Below, in pieces: positions 1-13,942 of a DNA stretch of 64,000 nucleotides. This stretch comes from Lobosporangium transversale. Its lineage: Eukaryota. Location: positions 310,001-374,000 of the forward strand of contig NW_019028990.1 of assembly GCF_002105155.1 (NCBI RefSeq), written 5' to 3'. Both the position numbers and the translations under genes were made by a program. The notes beneath the pieces were generated by a model, which saw nothing but the letters and a program-made list of their open reading frames with translations, ran no database searches and was not told where the DNA came from. Numbering within the stretch: the first letter of the stretch is position 1; each line of letters opens with the position of its first letter.

Positions 1-1370
1 TTGGATCAGCCAAGAGTTTTTGGGAACGGGTAATGTAATGGGTCATCTGTCGCTCAAAGACAATAAGTGGATACTTGGCTGCAAGTTGGACAAGATGGGT
101 CTCCATAGTAGTATCAGACCAAGCCAAAAACTATGGAAATCACACACCAGAACGAAAGCAACAAGAAATAAGTAAACATATTCAAGACAAGGTGAAAATA
201 GAAAAGGATTGAGGATTGAGGATTGAGGATTGAGAAATGCTTAAAAAAAATAAAAATAAAAATAAAAATAAAAATAAAAAAAATTTCCCTCAAAGCACAT
301 CAAACATACCTCTTGCAAACGCTCATCTTTAGCCTTCTTGAAGGCCTCGTACTCTGGTGTCTTTGCAAAGAGGATAGCTTCCTCACAGTCGAGTGCATAC
401 GCATCATCAAGAGTGTGTTCCTGCTGCTGTTGATTCCGAGAATCCATTGACTGTGTGTTCTCAAGGATACTGTCGTGTGATCCTTCCTGGATTTCAAAGT
501 CATCGCCATATGAGAATACATCCAAGACCGTCTCTACTCCGGAGATTCCGTCACAAAGATAAGACTCGATCACTGCCTGGGTCATCATCTCGAGCAACAG
601 TCTGTACCAGCCCTCAAGTACGCGGGATTGGCTTAGGTCCTTGAGCTCACCCTTTTCGACCATGCTCCTAGCAATATCGCTGTAGCTCATAGCAGAGCAC
701 TTCAAGAATGCTGGGATGGCATCAGTCAATCCAGCGACCCGTTGCTTCTCAAGTTGACGCATGTTGTGAGCATGATATCTGCTGTTCATCTTTTTCTGTT
801 CCAGAGCAAGTTGTTGCTGTTGTTGCAACTTTGCGAGCGTACAGCATGTGCGTTGACAATCCTTACGATGGTGACGACGACAGAACAATGATGAGTGGAT
901 AGAGTTTGAGAAGAATGCACGTCTCTTTTGTCCCTGAGGATGATCGGTAAGATGGCGTTGGACAGCAGCACGAGAGGCCTTGTGGCGACGTGAATGGAAG
1001 GCAGAGTAGATGTTGAGGCCTGCAGAGCTGTTGGTGGATGAGGCGACATCAAAGCGACCAAACACCATCGAAGTGAGCTGACAGAGGTGCAGACGATGCT
1101 TCAAGTGCCGTGGCAGGTTCTGCAATGGGCCACTAGAGCGATGTGACTTGAGGATGCCTATCGGATGAATAAGGAATGGATGACGAGTAAGATGAGTAAC
1201 ACTCTATACAAATGTACACACACAAAAATATAAAACTTTCTCCCCCCCCCCCCCTCCTCCCTCCCTAACTGCACACTACGCAACCGATGAAGTAAATAAA
1301 GATGAAAGGAATGGTGTTGCTGCGCTTGACTATCCATGCATGACAGATATTGTCCAAAGCATCGAGTAGA

Positions 1371-1401
<31 letters not shown>

Positions 1402-1465
1402 TTTTGCCTTTTTCGGAAATTATAGTACGCGTTGAGTTGTGGGATCGGAAAAGAGATGGTTTGAG

Positions 1466-1503
<38 letters not shown>

Positions 1504-2214
1504 CGAAAACAAACGGATCCAGAAAAAAAAATAACATGTGGAGAAAGAATGGACGGAGATAAGGAAATGTTGAATGCATAATGCAAATGAAGATCCTTTT
1601 GTATTTCTCAGACCAGTTTCTCTACTGGGAAGGGGCCATGAACACATACCATCGACAATTGCCTCAACATTCGATCCCTTTCGACCAAGGACGACGGCCT
1701 CATCTACAAGGGTGCGTTGACGACGGAGCCATTCGCCTTGATGAGGGGAAGGTGCGGGTGACTGATGATTCTGCTCTTGGTCCTTGATTCGTTGTTCAAC
1801 CGCTTGTTCCTGTGTTGAGGCGAGGTATTGAGCTTCAGCCTGCTTCAAGCGAGTTTCGATCGAGAGATGGAAGCAATGGTCGAGAATACGATGATGAGTT
1901 GAGGGTGTGGAAGAGGGTAGGTTGTTGTTATTATTATGGATGCTTAGGTTCCGGAAGGTGTTGATGCTCGAGGTAAAGGGTGGTGGGGAGGAACGACGAG
2001 GGGAAGGAGGGGAGTTGATGGCTGTGGGAGAGGAAGGAGGGTGTGGAATGTATGTGGCAGAAGGTGGGAAGAATGTCCAAGAGGGGAGTGGATCGTTCTC
2101 GAGAGCAACGGCTAAAGAGGAGAGGCCTTTGTGAAGGGAGTGAGATTTGGTATGGTTGGAGGAAGGAGAGGAGGAAGGGGTCACAATGACTGTGGAGACC
2201 GCCTGGACTTCCAT
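1..2214 (-). CDS. Hypothetical protein, 3' end runs off the window; exons 2214-1650, 1157-310, 130-<1
   Basis: ATG at 2214 (MEVQAVST). GTATGT donors at 1649 and 309 and TAG acceptors keep one frame (..VEAIVD-GILKSH.. and ..ERLQE-FLAWSD..). Globular-looking block GWYRLLLEMMTQAVIESYLCDG. No function recognised. Confidence 0.75.
1370..1503. repeat. Representative (TAT)n microsatellite and poly(A) run; similar (A/T)20-35, (AT)n, (GA)n and (TAT)n tracts occur throughout introns and intergenic DNA
   Basis: Directly visible here and at e.g. 2760-2820, 6147-6176, 8329-8370, 13569-13612, 14753-14786. Confidence 0.95.
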
Positions 2215-4078
2215 GTATGTTGAAATGGGATAGAGTAAAGAATGAAAGGAAAGAAAGGAAAGAAAGGAAAGAGGAGTGTCAATTAAGGAAAGGGATGGGG
2301 AGTGGAAGTAGGAGTAGAAACACAGGAGTAAAAGTGGGAGTAAAAGTAAAAGTAAAAGTAAAAGTAAAAAGTAGAATGAAAGAGATTCAGAGAATGAAGA
2401 AGGAATGAAGAAGTAAAAAAAAAAAAAATAAAAAAATAAAAAAAAAGAAAAAGAAAAGAGCAAAGAGCAGATATGAACGAGAAGAGGACTGATAAGAGTT
2501 TTTATAGACGTTATCCATGCACACATAATGAAGACAGGATGCATTGAAATGAGGGCATACAAGGCATAACAAGAGGGGAACTCTCTCCGTGGCAAAAGAT
2601 GATACTCCAGGGAGTCCGGGCACGGGGTTGTCCAAAACGTGCCCTGTGTCCTATCTCTCTATCCCACAGCGACATGGAGGAGGGCCAATCAGATGGCAAC
2701 CGTAATCTGCATTCAATCGAAAATGGTCCGAATGTATTGTAAAAGACATGTCCATCTACATATGTATACATATAATATAATATACAAGTATATATATGTA
2801 TATATATATATATATATAAATATTTATTCACAACTCTTTTGTGTTCCTATGTAAACTACTTATGCTTTCTGACTCGCTGGCCTTTAATTTTTTTTATTTA
2901 TTTATTTTTTTGTCCTACGGCCACGTCCGAAAAGTGTGTCCGATTGATTTGCTTGTGCTCATCTTTTTTTTTTTTTTTTTTTTTTTTTTTTGTATATCCA
3001 TGTCACTCAAAAAAGCGATAGGAAAGCAAGGGAAACGGCGTTCTGTCAGCTTTCTTCGTTTGTTTGCCCGCATGTGTTGCTTCCTCTCTTTTCTTCATCA
3101 CGCAATGACATGAACATTCCTTGTGTTTATTCTAACTAACATCTTGGGTTGATCTGTCTCTCTTATGCTCTCCTACTGTCTTTACTGTGTTCCACATTCA
3201 TTCATCCATCCATTCACTCACTCACTCACTTTTATACTCACTTGTGCATACGCTTAAACAGCAATTGCGTAGATATATACATATATATATACATACATAC
3301 ATACAGAGATAAAACCATCGACTTCCGTGCTGTACCACTGCACTTATGCAAGCCGAGATTTGTCGATAGATTTCGTTATATACTTTCTTCCCACAAGTAA
3401 CCCTTTTCATTCGGAAACCCTATTTGCTAAACCTTTTACATCTTACTGTACATGTGCATTCCTTCCCAGCTACACAACACAAATCATATTTGAACATTCG
3501 TATATAATGAGAAGCCCCTCACAGTCCATGTTTATATAGTTATATAGATATATATATACATCTTTTACTAGTCTACATCCGAAGGGACTCTATACCTTCA
3601 CGCATATATATACATGAACATTTCTTTTATTCCTCATTGCTTGCGCGTGTTCATTTATGAATAGACAGCTGTTTACTGAATAAAAACGATCTTCAGGTCT
3701 CCAACACACATACACTTTGCTCAATCACCTGCATGTCTGCATGTCTGCATGTCCGTTCACAAAAAAAAAAAAAAAAAAAAAAGCATATTCTTACCCTCTC
3801 TTTCTCCCTCCTTTCCTTTGTCTAAAAAAACCTCCTGATTGACAGTTATTTTACCGCCTGTTCCTCCTTTCATGTCACCAATTCATCTCGTATCTGCCCT
3901 TCCCCTAAAAAAAAAAAAAAAAACATTGGCTAATGATTATGGTTATGATTATGATTATGATTATGATTATGCTTGTGCTAGTAAATGAGTGTAACACTAT
4001 GGTCTTGCATATCCGTGATCTTCCTTGTGCTTTTTGTATTTATTATATCAAGTATATGGATACAAGTAGAATAGAGTG

Positions 4079-4114
<36 letters not shown>

Positions 4115-5401
4115 GTGTCATCCATCCATATCCTATCTTTCGGGGGAGGGGGAGGGGGGGACAAGAAGCATGTTGGAGCAATGCTCTATACCCATGTGAA
4201 TAATCAATAATAGCAATAATACAATATAATAAAAAAAAGGTGTATTGTGCACGCGTTAAAAAAGAACAAATGCTCATTACTTGCTTTTTTTTTTTTGTTT
4301 TTCCTTCTTCCATATCTCGCTTACTATCCTATCCGACAGTCAGAACAATCAACAATCCTTCCTTGATAAAGAAAAGGAAAAAAAAAAAAAAAGAAAAAAG
4401 AAAAAAAGAAAAAGCATAAGATATAAAGAACATTAAGCAAACGAAACAAACACAAGGTGATCATCCCTCCTCATCTCTCCGTCCCGAATTACTCGATTCT
4501 TCTTTGCCCTTTTCCCTTTTTTGCTTTTTTGCGGGGAACTCGAAACCATATCTGATCATCCTGTTCCTCTTCACATGCAGAAAAGAATTAACTAGGTGTA
4601 AAAAAAAAAAAAATCAAATTAGGTGTAAATATACACAGTAAAAGGTCAGAAATAGAGATAGCACACACATCTTTGTGTCTTTGTACAACCAGACAAAAGA
4701 GAAAAAAAAAAAAAAAAAAAAAAAAACGGACGGGTGACAAAAAGTTACAAACTCTTGGGACTAAAGACCTATCCCAATCGTTTCTAAAAGAAAAAAAAAT
4801 AAAAATAAAAAAAAAAATAACCCACAGAACATAACCAGTCAAGAACGAAGGCATAGAATTAAATTTTAAAAAAATCTTACTGCATCGGCTCATTCGCTCA
4901 ATACCTGGTAATGGGTCCGTGTCGGTCCTGAAACTGAAAGTCAAGCAAATAGAATCCATCGGAAAGGAGAAAATCACTTTTTCTCATCCCCCGCAAGGAG
5001 AGCATCATCTCCTTCATTCTACTTAATCATTCCTAGAACATCAAGAAAAATATATATATATAAAAAAAACAAATGTTGTTATCAGTTATCGGATCTTATG
5101 AACTCTCTCTTCTCCTCCTCCAATTTGTATTCTGTAGGATTTATCCAGGAGTATCATTTCGAATAAATTATCTAATCTCGTCCTTATGAATTGTCGAATT
5201 GCCATTTATTAAGAAAAAAAAAAAAAAAAAAAAGAATAACTAATAGTAAGTTACTATCGAATAAGTTCAGATGAGTTGCCCGCAGCTTCGCGACATCCTG
5301 TTCACCCTACCGTGGTATTATCATTGTCGTTGCTGTTGTTGTTGCTACTGTGGTTGTCCTGTTTTATATGCACTGTCAATAGAAAAGAAAACGAAAAGTC
5401 C

Positions 5402-5771
5402 TTATTTGACTTTAGATTTTGATGATCTCTTGGAGTTGGAAGGGCCAACACTTGGAGCCTCTGCTTCATCTTCCTGATCTCCTTCCTCATCTTCCTCATC
5501 TTCTTCGTCTTCCTCCGCTTCTTCATCTTCGTCTTCGCCTTCGCCTTCCGAGGACTCGTAATCTGACATGTCATCCCTATTGCATAGTTCATAATGATAC
5601 ACATAAGTAAAACTGTACTCTCTCTCTATCCTTCCTTTCAATAAAAATGAATAAAAATAAAATATAGCATAACAACTTACCACATTCCAAGTTTTTTAAT
5701 CACAGGCTTTCTTGGAGCAACCTCCTTTGCTTTTTCTTTTCCTTTTCCTTTTCCTTTCAAATCACCGATAT

Positions 5772-5804
<33 letters not shown>

Positions 5805-6143
5805 ATGAAGATGAAGATGGAGAGGAAGACGAGGAAGAAGAAGAAGAAGAAGAAGTAGATCCTGATGGTGATGGTGGGGATGTACTCCTAGACTTCATGT
5901 TTGCTTTGATGGCCGCAGCAACCGCACTCTTCACCTCCTCCACCTGTTCCTCTGCCTCATCAAAAAACTTTGAATCATCAAACCGATGTTTGCGGGTCGG
6001 TCGTTCTGCCAATTCCAACTTTTCTTCAATCTTGCGCTTCAGACTTTCTTTCCTTGCCCTTTCTCTCTCTGGTTCCTGTTGAACATATTCCGCTATTCTA
6101 TATTTGGAATAATATAGTGAGTGGGTGGGTGGGTGGGTGTGAG

Positions 6144-6181
<38 letters not shown>

Positions 6182-6231
6182 ATTACGAAGAGAGAAAAAG
6201 AGTTAATTTCAAGTCCTTTGCTTTTTCCCGC

Positions 6232-6273
<42 letters not shown>

Positions 6274-6688
6274 TTTCCTTCATTTACCTTTTAGCCTCGT
6301 TGACAGTCTTGATACGACGTCCGCTCAAATCACGACAAGCATCTGTGTTGGTGGACTTTTGAGAAGACATCCGACCTCCTTGTGCACGCAACATACTTCC
6401 AAATCCTCCTTTGCCTCCACTCATACGCATCGTCAGTCCAAAACATCGGACCATCGGCGCAGTCGAATCCTCTCCTTCTTGTCTCTCAAACAAAAGCACA
6501 TGTTCATCATCCTCATCATTCCCTGCCGAAAGGGGTTCGCCTCCCGCTGTCTGTATTCGCTGATCCTCAATCGGAATCTGGTACATCTCAAACAAATGTT
6601 GCTTGAGATCCAGTAAACTAGGCGTCGACGACGCTGGGAAACTGATGGCCACAGAATTAGAGCCGAAAATCGAAACAATGGCCTCCAT
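5402..6688 (-). CDS. SDE2: SDE2 homolog (ubiquitin-fold splicing/replication-stress factor); exons 6688-6288, 6097-5681, 5576-5402
   Basis: N-terminal Ubl followed by the signature [22 protein letters not shown]; in-frame GT-AG junctions; acidic C-terminus. Confidence 0.93.
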
Positions 6689-6706
6689 GATTTATTACTA
6701 TTGTTA

Positions 6707-6741
<35 letters not shown>

Positions 6742-7269
6742 AGTTTTTCTTTTGATTGTTTGAATTGAGGTGATATGAAAGGTAGAGAGAGAAAGGATAC
6801 AGAAATGTTAATGTTCGGGATGATAGAGATGATAGAGATGACAAGAGATGAAATTTTGCTTCGCACACACCACACTCTTCCAGAACTTTTTGTTCTCGTG
6901 AGCTGAGCAAGGCTCGCCAGTCTGAGGTCGAAACCACGTGCAACGAATGAAAGTGCTGCAAGGCATGAGTTGCCAATTGAGCCAATTAGTGACCGCTCTT
7001 GCAAAAGCTTCCTACTCCCTGGCTGTGCTCACACCATGAGTACTACAGTACCCTATAGGCCTACAGGCTTGGTTCTCGTTCTCTTAAGCAGGACAACTTC
7101 CAACTGCTTTTTTTTTTTTTATTTTTTATTTTTTTATTTTTTAAAAAAAAGTTTATTCAAGTACATTATAAAAGAACGAAGCTATAAACATGAGAAGAAA
7201 AAAGAAAACGATCAAGATCAAGGTTAAAAACTCGAGCTCACAAGCAGACCATGACTGAGAAGTACTTGC

Positions 7270-8329
7270 TTATTCATCCTCCGCAGTAGTGGTGCGCCTG
7301 CGGGTCACAGATTCTTCCTTAAACTCTGCGTCGTCCTCTGCAGCAGCCTTGATGATCTCATCTTCATCATCTGGAGTCACCTCGTCAGTCTTCTTGGCCT
7401 TGGCAGCTGCCTTTACGCTCCCTACCTTGGGAGCAGCCGTCAACAGCCCGACAAAGATGAGAGCTAGACCCAATGTGGCACCAACAACAGCTGCAATGGC
7501 GGCAGACACAGCAGGTCGGCTGTGAATTGCGTTCACGGGATCCTCACGCGCCAGCTCAATGAATTCGCGGAGATGTTCAACAATAAAGCCCACGGGATTC
7601 TCCTTGAATTCAGGAAGTCCAGTCTTCTTGGGCGGGGGATTCACGAGCTCCTCTTGTTTCTTTTCCGACGCATACTTCACTTCCCAGGTCTCAGCCGCCA
7701 ATGCCTCTGCATCTGCGATCGAATGTCCAATGTAGATGTTATCAAAGAGAATATCCTTTTGCATTGTCCAAATCTCGAATCCAACTGCTCCAATCTTGTC
7801 AAAGTTCGAAGGATGAAGATCTTCAAAATAATCTGGATTAGGGATCTTACGAGGGGCCCAAACGCCCTTGTACTCTGGGTTATCAATCATGGGAGGAGAC
7901 CATTTGCCCTTATAGGCAGGGTTGGCGATGTAAGGACGTTCCCACTTGCCACATCCATGGTCTCGACATTTGGGATTAGGGATTGTGGGTGCGATCCAGT
8001 CACCGTCCTCCTCATCATCCCAGTCCTCGGGTTTAACAGCCTCTGGATCAGGGATTTCTGGCTGCTCATCCTCCAACCAATCGCTTGGCTTCGTTGCCTT
8101 TTCGTCCAAAATACGAGGTGGGGCGTCCTCATCCCAGTCATCAGGCTTGGTTGCCTTGGGATCAGGGATCTTTGCCTCCTCAACCCAGTTAGCAGGCTTC
8201 GTATCCTTGGGATCATCAATCTCCTTTGGTGGGTTAACAGGGGGCTGGAAGCTCTCCAATAACGATCCGCTGGATACAACTTCTTCATTGATTTTAATCT
8301 CGAAAGTCTGATCAGGCCTAAATTAAGGC

Positions 8330-8373
<44 letters not shown>

Positions 8374-9343
8374 GACAGCAATGTTAGTAGCCTAGGCTGG
8401 GTAGATGTGAATACAAGTATTTTTCAAGAACCAGATCAAAAAGCACAACGTACTTGACAATTAAAGTGTAAAGGTTGCTAAAGTGATTGAGCTTAGTCAT
8501 GGGTGCTGATTGGAGGTGTTTCTCCTCATAGACGCCCGTCTTGGGATTCCTATGGCGGAAGATGAAGTGGACTTTATTGGTTTGCCCACACTTGTCAGGT
8601 CCAAACATGATGGTGTAAGGTGTCTCGTTAGAAAACTCTTTGAACTTGATACCCTCGGGTGAGTCTGTCAAAAGCTTCATGTAGGCGCCACCACACTCCA
8701 ATCCTTCCTGAGCTTTGACCTCGTACCTGATTAATCACAAGGGAAAGGAAGAAGGTCATTAGTGTCTATCAAAATGGATTTGATTCCCACAATCAGTTTT
8801 GTAGAAGAAAAAAATAATAATGTCTTACTGAACAACAAGGGTCTTGTCCTTGTTATCGATAACCTCTGGAAGGGAAGCTGAAATAGCGTGATGTGTAGCA
8901 GGAGACTTTGCAACCAGTCCAAAATCACCCTTGATGCCGGGAAGAAGAGTAGGTTCCTCAACGCTCCATTTACCAACATAGCTAAAGACTTCGCCCTGGG
9001 CAGTTGTTTCTTTGGTGGCTTCACTGGCTGTCCAACGATCAGCCCAGTCCTGGGTAAATTGTTCCAAGAATGGAGCCTTGATCGAAGTTGCCTATCAAAA
9101 AAAAAATTTTTTTTATTAAAAAAACGCGAATCATTAGTATTAAGACGCGTTGGCTCATCTACCGATTTGTAGAACAAGTCCCTTTCGGTCCTTTCCTTCT
9201 CTTACCTTGAAAACAGGAAGTTCAGGAGCAACATGGCCACCAGGCATGTTGAATTGTTTTTGCTTATCATCATGAGCCGCGACCATAGTCACGGCGGAGG
9301 AGAGAGCCAGGAGGGTGACAAGACCCAAAGAGATGCGTGTCAT
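7270..9343 (-). CDS. CNE1: Calnexin; exons 9343-9206, 9091-8829, 8726-8454, 8317-7270
   Basis: Signal peptide [33 protein letters not shown] and IMFGPDKCG motifs; P-domain repeats (IPDPxAxKPxDWD, GxWxxPxIxNP); C-terminal TM helix. Confidence 0.97.
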
Positions 9344-9827
9344 AATTGGGAAAGCGAGTCGTTGAGTGCGAATGAATGAATGAATGTGAGAGAAGAAAGG
9401 GTGAAGAAGAAAGGCGTGGAGGAAAGTAAATGAAGGGGGAAAAAAAATAAAAAAAAGAAAAGGAAAGAAAACGAGAATAAAAAGAATGAATTCTAGTTGG
9501 ATTGGATTCGAATGGAACAATAAGAGAGGAGTATGTGAAGAGAGAGGGGAGGAGAAGTCAATGTTGCTGCCCAATCTGACGTGGCAACTGCTCAACCGCC
9601 ACCAAAAATATCTTGTGTACATGGAATAATGTAAACTGTACTGTGATAATTTAATCTCGCCTGAGACATCTGACATTCCGTCCCACAGAATTGCAAACCG
9701 TCATTTGCCTACCCACCCTGAGAGCCAATGCAGCTCTAATCCAGAAGAAAGAAAAGAAGAAGAAAAAAAAAAAAAAAAAACAAAGACTAACAGCGCAGCA
9801 TTGTCACTAAAAGCATCGGCGATTTCC

Positions 9828-10308
9828 ATGACATCAACAAACGACAATGAGGCATACTCTTGTCCCATGTGCCACGAACCCTTTATTGGTAACCTCGCTG
9901 CTTTCGAGAGCCATGTCCAAGGTCATTTTGAAGACTCTACTTTGTCAGGAACATATACTCCCCCCGGATTCTTGGATGAACCCGAAAACAAAACGGCTAC
10001 CATAACCGCAGCCTCCTTATATGATATTTATGACCAAACCTCATCCATTTCCCCCTTCACAGTTGAGTGCGATGCTCCCGGCTGCGGCATGATGGGTAAC
10101 AACTTGACAACTTAGACTTGTTAATGGATAAATTTACCATAGAATTACAGCAAGGAACCTAATCAAAGTTTAATGAATTATCAACATCAACTCCTTCTTA
10201 GTTAATTTCGAAGAAATGGCAGAACATACAGACAGGCACCTAGCAATGCGGATTCAGGATCAAGAAAGCGCAGCTATATTTGAAGAGGTAATCAACCTAA
10301 CGAATGTA

Positions 10309-10339
<31 letters not shown>

Positions 10340-11753
10340 CTTTTTTTCTTTTCTCGTTTTCATACTTAGCAGGGTTGACAATGAATTGATGCAATTATAC
10401 AATTTGCAGGTAAATAATAATTCCACAAAGCGATCAAGAGGTCATTCACCCAATATATCAAGTGTGTTCAATAGTGCAAAGAGATCACAGGGTGATCCAT
10501 TTACTGTAAAAACCACACCCACTGTCCAGTCAAGAAAGAAGACTATACCAATAGGACAGGCAACTATGGATGGATTCATCACGCGTAGCACGCGAGACCA
10601 AATGCCTTCCAAGAATCAAATAGAGTACAAACAACCTCAACCACAGAATACATTTGCCTCTATTAGTCGGACAGACCAGACAGAGCAAATGAATAATGTC
10701 ACTGGAATCAAGGGCTTAATTGCGAAAACGAGATTGTTGCTTGATATTTCACTGGATCAAGGTTTCACCAAACAAGCATATTTGGCTGATCCATCTGTAC
10801 TCTTTTGTCAGGGCGATAAAACTGATCGTGGCTGGGGATGCGGCTACCGAAACGTACAAATGATGTTATCCTATGTAGCCCAGCAAGCGGCGCCTCATTC
10901 TACACCTACATCTACATCCACATCCACATCTACATCCACATCTACCTCTACTACTCCCTTGGCTTCCGACCACATTGATATTCCTTCTATTCCAGATCTA
11001 CAGAAACAGCTAGAATATGCTTGGGCCGCTGGTTTTGACCCGGCTGGGGCCAATCAATTGGGGCACAGAGTCAAGGGCACTCGAAAATGGATTGGCACTA
11101 CAGAGGCCTGGTCTATCTTGTGCTCCCTCGGCATTCGATGCCACATTCTCGATTTTCATACGCCTACAGGTCCTAATAGTTCACATCCCGTCATGCTCTC
11201 AGCAGTGCTTAACTACTTCCGAACGCCTGATTGGTCTCCTCTAACGGCTCCAGAACTGCATAGAGTCGTAGATTATGAGCTGCATGAAGAAGGCCCCAAA
11301 ATCATCCAGACACATAAACCACCACTGTATATGCAACATCAAGGCCATTCACGTACCGTCATTGGGATAGAGATCTTGGCAACCGGAGAATTGAATTTAC
11401 TGGTCTTTGATCCTGGACGATGGCTTCACAAGGCCATCCCGATGTTACAAAACCAACAAGTCTCTAGAGCTCATTCGCAAACCTTGGGTACCAAAGTGAG
11501 GACAAAGGATGGTTTATTGGATGCACAATATTTGCTCAAGGCATTCCGGCTTCCAGTGAGCGTGGGAATATCTAAATCGCAGTATCAACTGCTTGGTATA
11601 TCTGGCCTGTATCAGGAAAAACCACACCCAAGTCAAGCACCACGTGACCGGATCAGACTTCAACTCTGCACGAGAAACCCATCGCTTTCTATCGGTTGGG
11701 ATGATGAAGAAGCTGAGCAGAGTAAACTCGTAAGCAGCACTCGTGTCCCTTGA
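9828..11753 (+). CDS. ZUP1: ZUFSP/ZUP1 (Mug105)-family deubiquitinase, peptidase C78 fold, with N-terminal C2H2 fingers; exons 9828-10095, 10202-10287, 10410-11753
   Basis: Catalytic motifs GWGCGYRNVQM, KWIGTTE, YMQHQGHSRTVIG, LVFDP; zinc fingers CPMC..HVQGH and CDAPGC..HTDRH; splice junctions in frame. Confidence 0.88.
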
Positions 11754-11914
11754 ACTGTCGGGACGTGCTACATCACTTTCTTTATTTAGTATCAATATAT
11801 CCATTGTATTTCTAAATATTAAAAGGCAGCAAAAAATTTAATGCTTGACTCTTGCTAAGGCTCTGTATATATATATATATATATATAAAAGAGAACTCGT
11901 TACTAAGGTACATG

Positions 11915-12260
11915 TACTAAGGTATTGGATGCGCTGGCCATTTTTCAGCTGGGACGTAGTTAGTCCATATACCACACTTAAATAAATAGCTCAAGAAAGA
12001 AAGAGGTGACTGGATCCTATCAAGCATTAGTAGCTGGTCTTAAGGAAGAATGGAATCGAGTGATTTAGGCCGACGGGTCATCCTTTGCAGTCTATGAACA
12101 CCTTCGTTACACATATAAGGGCTTTGCGTACGACAGAGAGAAAGTGCAAGTATGGGTTGCCTTGCGCCAAGTTTCCTAGAGTGGTAGGACATGGGACATG
12201 ATGGTCAGAGAAGCATACATAACAGTGATTGGCCCTATCGCTCACATATCACATAGTACA
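11915..12260 (+). mobile_element. Possible heavily decayed Tc1/mariner transposase fragments
   Basis: Scattered peptides WPFFSWDV, LVAGLKEEWNRV, DGSSF, KVQVW and DWPYRS resemble Tc1 motifs (WPxxSPDL, LxEEW, DESxF, VMVWG). Multiple stops and frameshifts; no TIRs seen. Confidence 0.3.
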
Positions 12261-12441
12261 TAGTAATCTAACTATTAGTCGTAAATATTCCATCATCCAC
12301 ATTTAATGACTCTAGTAAATGATCATAAACACTTTTCAACATCTACAACGCCCCTTGGTTGATTGTAATTGGACATGGTCATTGAGTTAGACTATGTTTC
12401 GTAGAAGATGTATACAAAGGCGAAATAGCCAGGTTTACAGC

Positions 12442-12476
<35 letters not shown>

Positions 12477-13942
12477 CTCCATTCTCGCGGATGCGCTTCA
12501 AAAGTACCGCAAGTAGCTCAAAGAACCTTCTAAATCTCACAATGGCTCCTTGGTGAGGAGCGAAACAGCTTACCAGAAGTGAAACTGGGAAACCTTATTT
12601 AGTCTACATATCTCCACTAGCCTGGAAACTTTGGGTGGATGGCTTGCTCATCAGTAAGCGCACACACTGCTTTACCCATTCATATAGCGCGTCTCCAAAA
12701 TCTTGATGAATTATACTATGTTAACCTCTTTAAACTGATTTGTAAAGTTCCGTGTTAGTTGACATTTCCTCATTGGCCCGCACGTGACGGGAGATAAAGT
12801 TTTCTTGATCCCTTTGAAAACGGCTCTCTTGAATGGTGCCAGATGTCTTAAAAAGGAAAGAAAAAAAAAAAAAAAAAAAAAAAAAAAAGCCGTTTGATAT
12901 GTGGTGAATGACGATGGTTTTTTTTTTTTTTTTTTTTTTTTACTATTTGATTCCTGGACGAATCTTCCTTACTCATATATCTATAAAACATAATTAACGG
13001 TGGAACAACAAGTGTCTACAGCTGCATGATCGCCTGATAGTTCGTACATGTAACGTTTACAAGTCAAATGAACGATTTGAGCTGCGATTTTACTGGACAA
13101 GTTCCGAAGAGAAGGACCTTCTATTAGTTCTTGGTACAGGTCAATGACCAGTCCCCTTCGCAGCCTCCCCTCTCAGTTTCCGATCGATCTGTTTTGTCAT
13201 GGCTACTAACAAATCACGAGGACCAAGGCGCATAAACACATGCAATCGTAGTATTTGACCTGGGGTCGTTATGACACTCAAACATATTTCGTTGTTAGTC
13301 CTGGGAGTATCTCCACTTGCGAAATCTAGATGCACATATCCAATCAATCATAAGGAGTCTTACAAAAAAGAGAAAGGAAAAAAACGCGACTTTTTTTTTT
13401 TTGTTTGTTTGTTTCTCCTGGTACCTCTGTCTTCTTGTAAGGTCTTAGTGTCGCTTTTTTTCAGGTTCTCTCCTCTTACTTTTCCATTGTATATGTTTTT
13501 TGTTATTGTTTTATTTACTAATTTATCTTGTTATCAGTTAATAACATACATTTATACATTTAAGAGTCTTTATTACTATTATTATTACTATTATTATTAC
13601 TATTATTATTATTTCTTTGCTGTTAAACGGTGTATCATTTGCAGGTTACCAACGTCTGTCCTTAATTGTACTCTATCGAGGCAAAGCGGCAAGTCTTGCA
13701 TACATGCTAACGAGAAAAAGGAAATATAAGGATCGCTTCAGTCATCCTTCTCCTTTGTCATTCTTTCATATAAAATCCTTTCCCAAATTCCACATGTTCG
13801 TCTTTCTTCTAATCAAATTACTCACCTGATAGTTATAGAAAACAAGGAAAAAAATATATATATACATACATACATACACCCTGATTCTTCTTCCGGATTC
13901 TTCTTCCATTATAATTACCTCTTCCACTTTTATTTTACAAAG

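Noticed and set aside
1158..5000. ORFs rich in poly-F, K, Y or I (also 13271-13829 and 29703-31834)
   Set aside because: They are translations of homopolymers and microsatellites in introns, UTRs or intergenic DNA.
7522..8311. Long antisense ORFs opposite calnexin (likewise 19316-19852 and 62432-63082)
   Set aside because: Shadow frames of codon-biased or repetitive genes, with no independent motifs.
5402..11753. SDE2 and the ZUFSP DUB as a functional processing cluster
   Set aside because: Sde2 is known to be cleaved by USP-family enzymes; adjacency with calnexin in between is most likely incidental.
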